This document shows, piece after piece, positions 59,998 to 64,000 of a stretch of 64,000 nt of DNA (position 1 is the stretch's first letter; each line of letters begins with the position of its first letter). The stretch is taken from positions 1,632,001 to 1,696,000 of the forward strand of contig CBDASK010000003.1 in assembly GCA_965199495.1 (NCBI GenBank), read 5' to 3'. This DNA comes from Abditibacterium sp. (GTDB lineage: Bacteria; Armatimonadota; Abditibacteriia; Abditibacteriales; Abditibacteriaceae). Under the pieces are notes generated by a model. That model was not told the origin of the DNA. It worked only from the letters and a program-made list of their open reading frames with translations, and did no database searches. Made by a program: the position numbers and the translations under genes.

Positions 59998-60854
59998 AGA
60001 GTTATCGCGTGCGATTTAGGCGAATAAATTCGCAGCCACGATTAAGTGTCGGCCTTCGCCGACACGAACATTTACTTTGTCGGCGAAGGCCGACACTTAA
60101 TCGTGGCTGCGAATTTATTCGCCTAACTCCCGTCCACACCCCAAAAAGCGCGTTCACCCTGATCGAAATTTTGGTCGTCATCGCAATTATCGCCATCCTC
60201 GCGGCGATCCTGTTTCCGGTTTTCGCGCGCGCAAGGGAAAACGCGCGCCGCACGTCGTGCCTGAGCAATCTGCGCCAAATCGGGCTGGGATTGATGCAAT
60301 ACACGCAGGATTATGACGAACAAAATTCGCGCAGTTGGTATGTTTCGTCGGGCGCCTCCAGCGCGAGCGGCAGTTACAAATGGATGGACGCGATTTATCC
60401 CTACGTCAAAAGCGAGCAAATTTTCAATTGTCCCAGCCACACTTTGCCGGTCAACATTGCGCCCAGCACCAGCACTTTCGATAGTTACAAATTCCGCGAC
60501 GGCACGCGCTGGGGCAGTTACGCCGCCAACGTGACTTATTTTGGCGACGGCAATCTCAATCCGTTCCTCTCGCGCAACGTAGCGTCGTGGGAATCGCCTT
60601 CGACGACGGTTTATGTCGTAGACGGCGTCGGGCGCTACGAAATCGCGTGGGAAACCGGCAATCCGCCCATCAGCACGACGAACCCGCGTTATATCAGCGT
60701 CGGCGGTTTCCCGACCGTCTTCGAGCGCCATCTGGAAACCAGCGTGGTTTTGTTTTGCGACGGTCACGCCAAAGCTCAGAAGTTGGAAAAGCTCACCGTT
60801 GTCGGCGAGGATGGTCGCTACGCGCCTTTCACCGTGGGCGCCGATCCCGATTGA
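59994..60854 (+). CDS. Prepilin-type DUF1559 / H-X9-DG protein with a palindrome-extended leader
   Basis: GGAGGAG RBS and ATGA overlap at 59994; [10 protein letters not shown] and [15 protein letters not shown] motifs. Confidence 0.9.
   Translation: MKSYRVRFRRINSQPRLSVGLRRHEHLLCRRRPTLNRGCEFIRLTPVHTPKSAFTLIEILVVIAIIAILAAILFPVFARARENARRTSCLSNLRQIGLGLMQYTQDYDEQNSRSWYVSSGASSASGSYKWMDAIYPYVKSEQIFNCPSHTLPVNIAPSTSTFDSYKFRDGTRWGSYAANVTYFGDGNLNPFLSRNVASWESPSTTVYVVDGVGRYEIAWETGNPPISTTNPRYISVGGFPTVFERHLETSVVLFCDGHAKAQKLEKLTVVGEDGRYAPFTVGADPD
60016..60126. repeat. Palindromic element, family F, inside coding sequence
   Basis: TTAGGCGAATAAATTCGCAGCCACGATTAAGTGTCGGCCTTCGCCGACA-loop-perfect complement; 111 bp. 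Confidence 0.92.
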
Positions 60855-60889
60855 AAATATAGGATTGAAAGCGACCTAAATCAAAAATC

Positions 60890-61699
60890 ATGCAATCCCA
60901 TTTTGCCCTCGTTTTTCTCGCCCTTATTCTCTGCGCCGCGCGCGCAAACTGTGATGAAATCGCGCCCTTCGTCGGCGATTTCGAGAGCGGCGATTTGTCG
61001 CAGTGGGCGAGTAAAGAAGCCGCGCGCGACGATTCGATTCAAATCGTCACCGACCCGGTGCGAAGCGGAAATTACGCCGCGAAATTCACCGTGCGCGCGG
61101 GCGAGCGCGTGAGCAATGGCAATCGCGCCGAAATTATTCATGATAACGGCGACCGCGCGGGCAGCGAAGTTTGGGTTCGCTGGAGTTTTCTGATTCCCCG
61201 TGATTTCGTGGATGTCGAATGGAAACCGAAATTTTGGCAGTGCATCGGCCAATGGCACGACCAACCTGACGAAAAACTCGGCGAAACGTGGGCTGATTTC
61301 CCCGCGCATTCGCCTTCGATTGCGGTTTATTACACCTCAAAAAACGGCGCGCCAGCGATTGAAATTTGGAGCGGCACTTACGCCAAAGACGAAATTCAAA
61401 AAGTCGTAGCACGCGCGCCCATCGTCAAGGGCCAGTGGCAAGACGTAATGTTTCACATTCGCTGGTCGCAGGGCGACGATGGTTTTGTCGAACCATTTTT
61501 AAACGGCGCGCCTTTGATCGCGCCCGACACAACGGAACATCGCGCGTGCGGGCCGAATATGTGGAATGGCGCGTCGCATTATCTCAAAATCGGGCTTTAT
61601 CGCAATAGCGAAATCCTCGATACCAACAGCGTTTATTTCGATGAAGTTCGCAGTGGCCCAACGCGCGATTCGGTCGCGCCCAGCGAGGCGCGACCATGA
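60890..61699 (+). CDS. Secreted polysaccharide lyase-like (heparin lyase I-type jelly roll) protein
   Basis: DFESG, NRAEI, IGQWH and YLKIGLYR motifs. Confidence 0.78.
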   Translation: MQSHFALVFLALILCAARANCDEIAPFVGDFESGDLSQWASKEAARDDSIQIVTDPVRSGNYAAKFTVRAGERVSNGNRAEIIHDNGDRAGSEVWVRWSFLIPRDFVDVEWKPKFWQCIGQWHDQPDEKLGETWADFPAHSPSIAVYYTSKNGAPAIEIWSGTYAKDEIQKVVARAPIVKGQWQDVMFHIRWSQGDDGFVEPFLNGAPLIAPDTTEHRACGPNMWNGASHYLKIGLYRNSEILDTNSVYFDEVRSGPTRDSVAPSEARP

Positions 61700-62805
61700 A
61701 TCGTCCGGTTAATTTTGGCGTGATCGGCGTCGGCGGCATGGGCGCGGCGCACGCGCATTTCGTCCATGAATTGGAAGAAACGCGTTTAATCGCCGTCGCC
61801 GACTGCGACGTGGCTGCTGCCGGGCGCGTGGCACGCGAGAGAAATTGCCGCGCGTTTACCGACGGCGCCGAATTAATTGATAGCGGCGATATTGACGCGG
61901 TAATAATTGCCACGCCGCACCCGCTTCATGTCGAGCTGACGCGTTATGCCGCCGCGCGCGGCATTCACGTTTTGTGCGAAAAACCGCTCGCCGCGTCGGT
62001 CGCCGATGCCGATTTGATGATTCAAAGTTGCCGCGAAAACGGCGTTTTGCTGGGCACGGTTTTTCAACAACGCACCGAGCCGTTGCGCCGCACCATGAAA
62101 CGTCTGGTCGGCGAATTGGGCGCAATCTATCGCGTTTCGCTGTCGGTCTGTTACTATCGCCCGCAATCCTATTATGATTCGGCAGAGTGGCGCGGCACTT
62201 GGCGCGGCGAGGGCGGCGGCATTTTGATGCAGGCCGCGCACGCCTTAGATCAGTTGGCGTGGCTGGCCGGACTGCCGGAGCGCGTCCAGACGTTGTCGTT
62301 GACGCGTTTACACCAAATCGCAACCGAGAACACCTCCGTTTCAATATTGGATTATGGCGGCGGCAAAGCCGGTTGGTTTTACATTTCGACGGCGGACACG
62401 TTGGAAGACGAGCGCATCGAAATTAGCGGCGAACGCGGCGCGTTGGTGTGGCAGGCGGGTCAGTTGCGCCAGTTGCAATTGCCACAACCGCTTTCGCGGC
62501 ATCTGCACAGCGCGCCCACAATGTTCGAGCCGTTGCGCGGAAATTGGCGCGATGTGGAAATTGACGCGGATTTGCGAAACGAACCGCAAGGCCACCGCGA
62601 AATCGTGCGCGCCTTCGCGCGGGCCGTGCGCCATAACGACGCCAGTTTAATGTTCGCGTCGGGCGAAGATGGTTTGCGTTCGCTCGAATTAGCCAACGCG
62701 ATGATGCTCGCCGGACAATGCAGCCACGCCGTCGAGTTGCCGCTGGATCGCGCGTGTTATCAAGCGATGTTGGACGAATTATGCGCGCGAGAGTTTGATT
62801 TATGA
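61696..62805 (+). CDS. Gfo/Idh/MocA family oxidoreductase
   Basis: GVGGMG, IATPHPLH, CEKPLA and EGGGIL.QAAH.LD motifs. Confidence 0.93.
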   Translation: MNRPVNFGVIGVGGMGAAHAHFVHELEETRLIAVADCDVAAAGRVARERNCRAFTDGAELIDSGDIDAVIIATPHPLHVELTRYAAARGIHVLCEKPLAASVADADLMIQSCRENGVLLGTVFQQRTEPLRRTMKRLVGELGAIYRVSLSVCYYRPQSYYDSAEWRGTWRGEGGGILMQAAHALDQLAWLAGLPERVQTLSLTRLHQIATENTSVSILDYGGGKAGWFYISTADTLEDERIEISGERGALVWQAGQLRQLQLPQPLSRHLHSAPTMFEPLRGNWRDVEIDADLRNEPQGHREIVRAFARAVRHNDASLMFASGEDGLRSLELANAMMLAGQCSHAVELPLDRACYQAMLDELCAREFDL

Positions 62806-62884
62806 TGGCGCGTGTCGGGCAAATATAGCGTTGAAAATTTGCTCGATTTTAAAGGAGGCACTGAAGCGTTGAATTAAGAATATA

Positions 62885-62931
62885 AACACAAAAAGAACGC
62901 GAGGTTTTTGACTTCGCGCTCTTTTTGTGTT
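62885..62931. terminator. Bidirectional terminator-like hairpin
   Basis: AACACAAAAAGAACGCGAGG-loop-CTTCGCGCTCTTTTTGTGTT. Confidence 0.65.
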
Positions 62932-62970
62932 AAATAGAGAAGAGTAATTGTGATTCTAAAGGAGATTTAA

Positions 62971-63210
62971 ATGTTATTGCGCTTTCTCAAAAAGAAGAGC
63001 TTTTCAAACACAACCGGCGATAGTTACGTTTTTGGTTCGATCATGATGAGCTTTTGCATCTTCATGTTTCTGAGCGATTACGTAGACAAAGGAACGGCCA
63101 TTTGTCTCGCTTTGACTTTTGGGGATATTCTATTTACTTTGATTGGCCTTCCATTTTTGCTCATCCGAATTTATCGAGAAAAACGAGAAAAAGAAGCGCG
63201 AAAATTATAG
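62971..63210 (+). CDS. Small AT-rich two-TM hypothetical protein
   Basis: Strong AAGGAG RBS, two hydrophobic segments, basic tail. Confidence 0.65.
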   Translation: MLLRFLKKKSFSNTTGDSYVFGSIMMSFCIFMFLSDYVDKGTAICLALTFGDILFTLIGLPFLLIRIYREKREKEARKL

Positions 63211-64000
63211 TCGTTTTTTCGCCGCTTCGACCGTATTTTGCAGCAGCATCGCGACCGTCATCGGGCCGACGCCGCCGACGCGGGGCGTCATCCATTTGGC
63301 GACGCTCGCGACTTCGTCGTCTACGTCCGAGATAATTTTTTTGCCTTCGCCGCGCGTCAAGCCACCGCCAACGACGGCGGCGCCGGGTTTGATCATATCG
63401 GCTTTGATGAAGTTGGGCGCGCCCGCCGCCGCGACCACAATATCGCCTTGGCGCGTGTAATCGGCCAAGTTTTTCACGCCGGTATGCACGACAGTCACCG
63501 CCGCGTTGCAGCCGGGACGCTTGAGCGCCAATAACAGCGCGAGCGGGCGGCCAATCGTCAGGCCGCGCCCGACGATGACGACGTGGCTGCCTTCGACGGG
63601 CACATCGAATTCGTGCAACAATTCGACGATGCCGTGCGGAGTGCAGGGCAACGCGCCCGGCGCGCCCATGACCAGACGGCCCAAATTCACCGGATGCAAA
63701 CCGTCGGCGTCTTTAGCCGGGTCAATCGCCAACAATGCGGCTTCTTCGTCCAAACCTTTGGGCAGCGGCAACTGAACGATGTAAGCCGAAACTTGCGGAT
63801 CGGCGTTGAACTTTTCGATTTGCGCGATGACTTGCTCCTGCGTGGCATCGGCGGGTAAGAGCGCGTGAATCGAGGCGATGCCCGCTTCTTCGCAGGCTTT
63901 GATTTTGGCGCCGACATAAGTCGCCGAAGCCGGATCGTCGCCGACTAAAATCGTGCCCAGTCCGGGATTAATACCGCGTTGTTTCAGTTCGGTAACTTCG
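63205..64000 (-). CDS. folD: Bifunctional methylenetetrahydrofolate dehydrogenase/cyclohydrolase (5' part outside window)
   Basis: KDADGLHP.NLG, PCTP.GI and TPRVGGVGPMT motifs. Confidence 0.95.
   Translation of the reverse strand, partial: EVTELKQRGINPGLGTILVGDDPASATYVGAKIKACEEAGIASIHALLPADATQEQVIAQIEKFNADPQVSAYIVQLPLPKGLDEEAALLAIDPAKDADGLHPVNLGRLVMGAPGALPCTPHGIVELLHEFDVPVEGSHVVIVGRGLTIGRPLALLLALKRPGCNAAVTVVHTGVKNLADYTRQGDIVVAAAGAPNFIKADMIKPGAAVVGGGLTRGEGKKIISDVDDEVASVAKWMTPRVGGVGPMTVAMLLQNTVEAAKKRL

Noticed and set aside
1440..63590. Reading the CGTGGCTGC motif as a Chi or KOPS site
   Set aside because: Copies are split about evenly between strands (14 versus 12) and interleaved, unlike replichore-polarised motifs; not fully excluded without the whole genome.
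1..64000. CRISPR array, tRNA, rRNA, integrase or transposase
   Set aside because: No regularly spaced direct repeats with unique spacers, no recognisable structural RNA gene and no recombinase motifs were seen; the repeats are isolated inverted repeats.

Overview
A 64-kb chromosomal window from a moderately GC-rich bacterium. Two DUF1559/H-X9-DG prepilin-like genes and the general gene content suggest an Armatimonadota/Abditibacteriota-like organism (inference only). Most genes are housekeeping, envelope or signalling: Fe3+-type ABC permease, LOG family, GT4 glycosyltransferases, Mrp/ApbC, marR-emrAB, pcrA/uvrD, HD-GYP regulator with a hybrid kinase, GH30, ada, a DUF4331-TPR-His-rich Ni/Co transporter cluster, an F1Fo operon lacking atpD/atpC, and partial folD. 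I found no rRNA, tRNA, CRISPR array, transposase or integrase. The unusual signals lie mostly outside the gene list. (1) The non-palindromic 9-mer CGTGGCTGC occurs at least 26 times, on both strands and in several reading frames, resembling a DNA-uptake-sequence-like signal. (2) Thirteen long palindromic REP/MITE-like elements fall into six families; one is nested in another, one sits in frame in a prepilin leader, and one spans two stop codons. (3) An HTH-PIN toxin-antitoxin cassette is bracketed by an 89-bp duplication of the host gene's 3' end. (4) pcrA has no canonical start codon and probably starts leaderless at ATC. (5) One gene fuses a histidine kinase to a STAND ATPase and TPRs. (6) An orphan toxin/immunity-like pair lies inside the ATP synthase operon. 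All counts were made by eye and family names are recalled from motifs, not from database searches.
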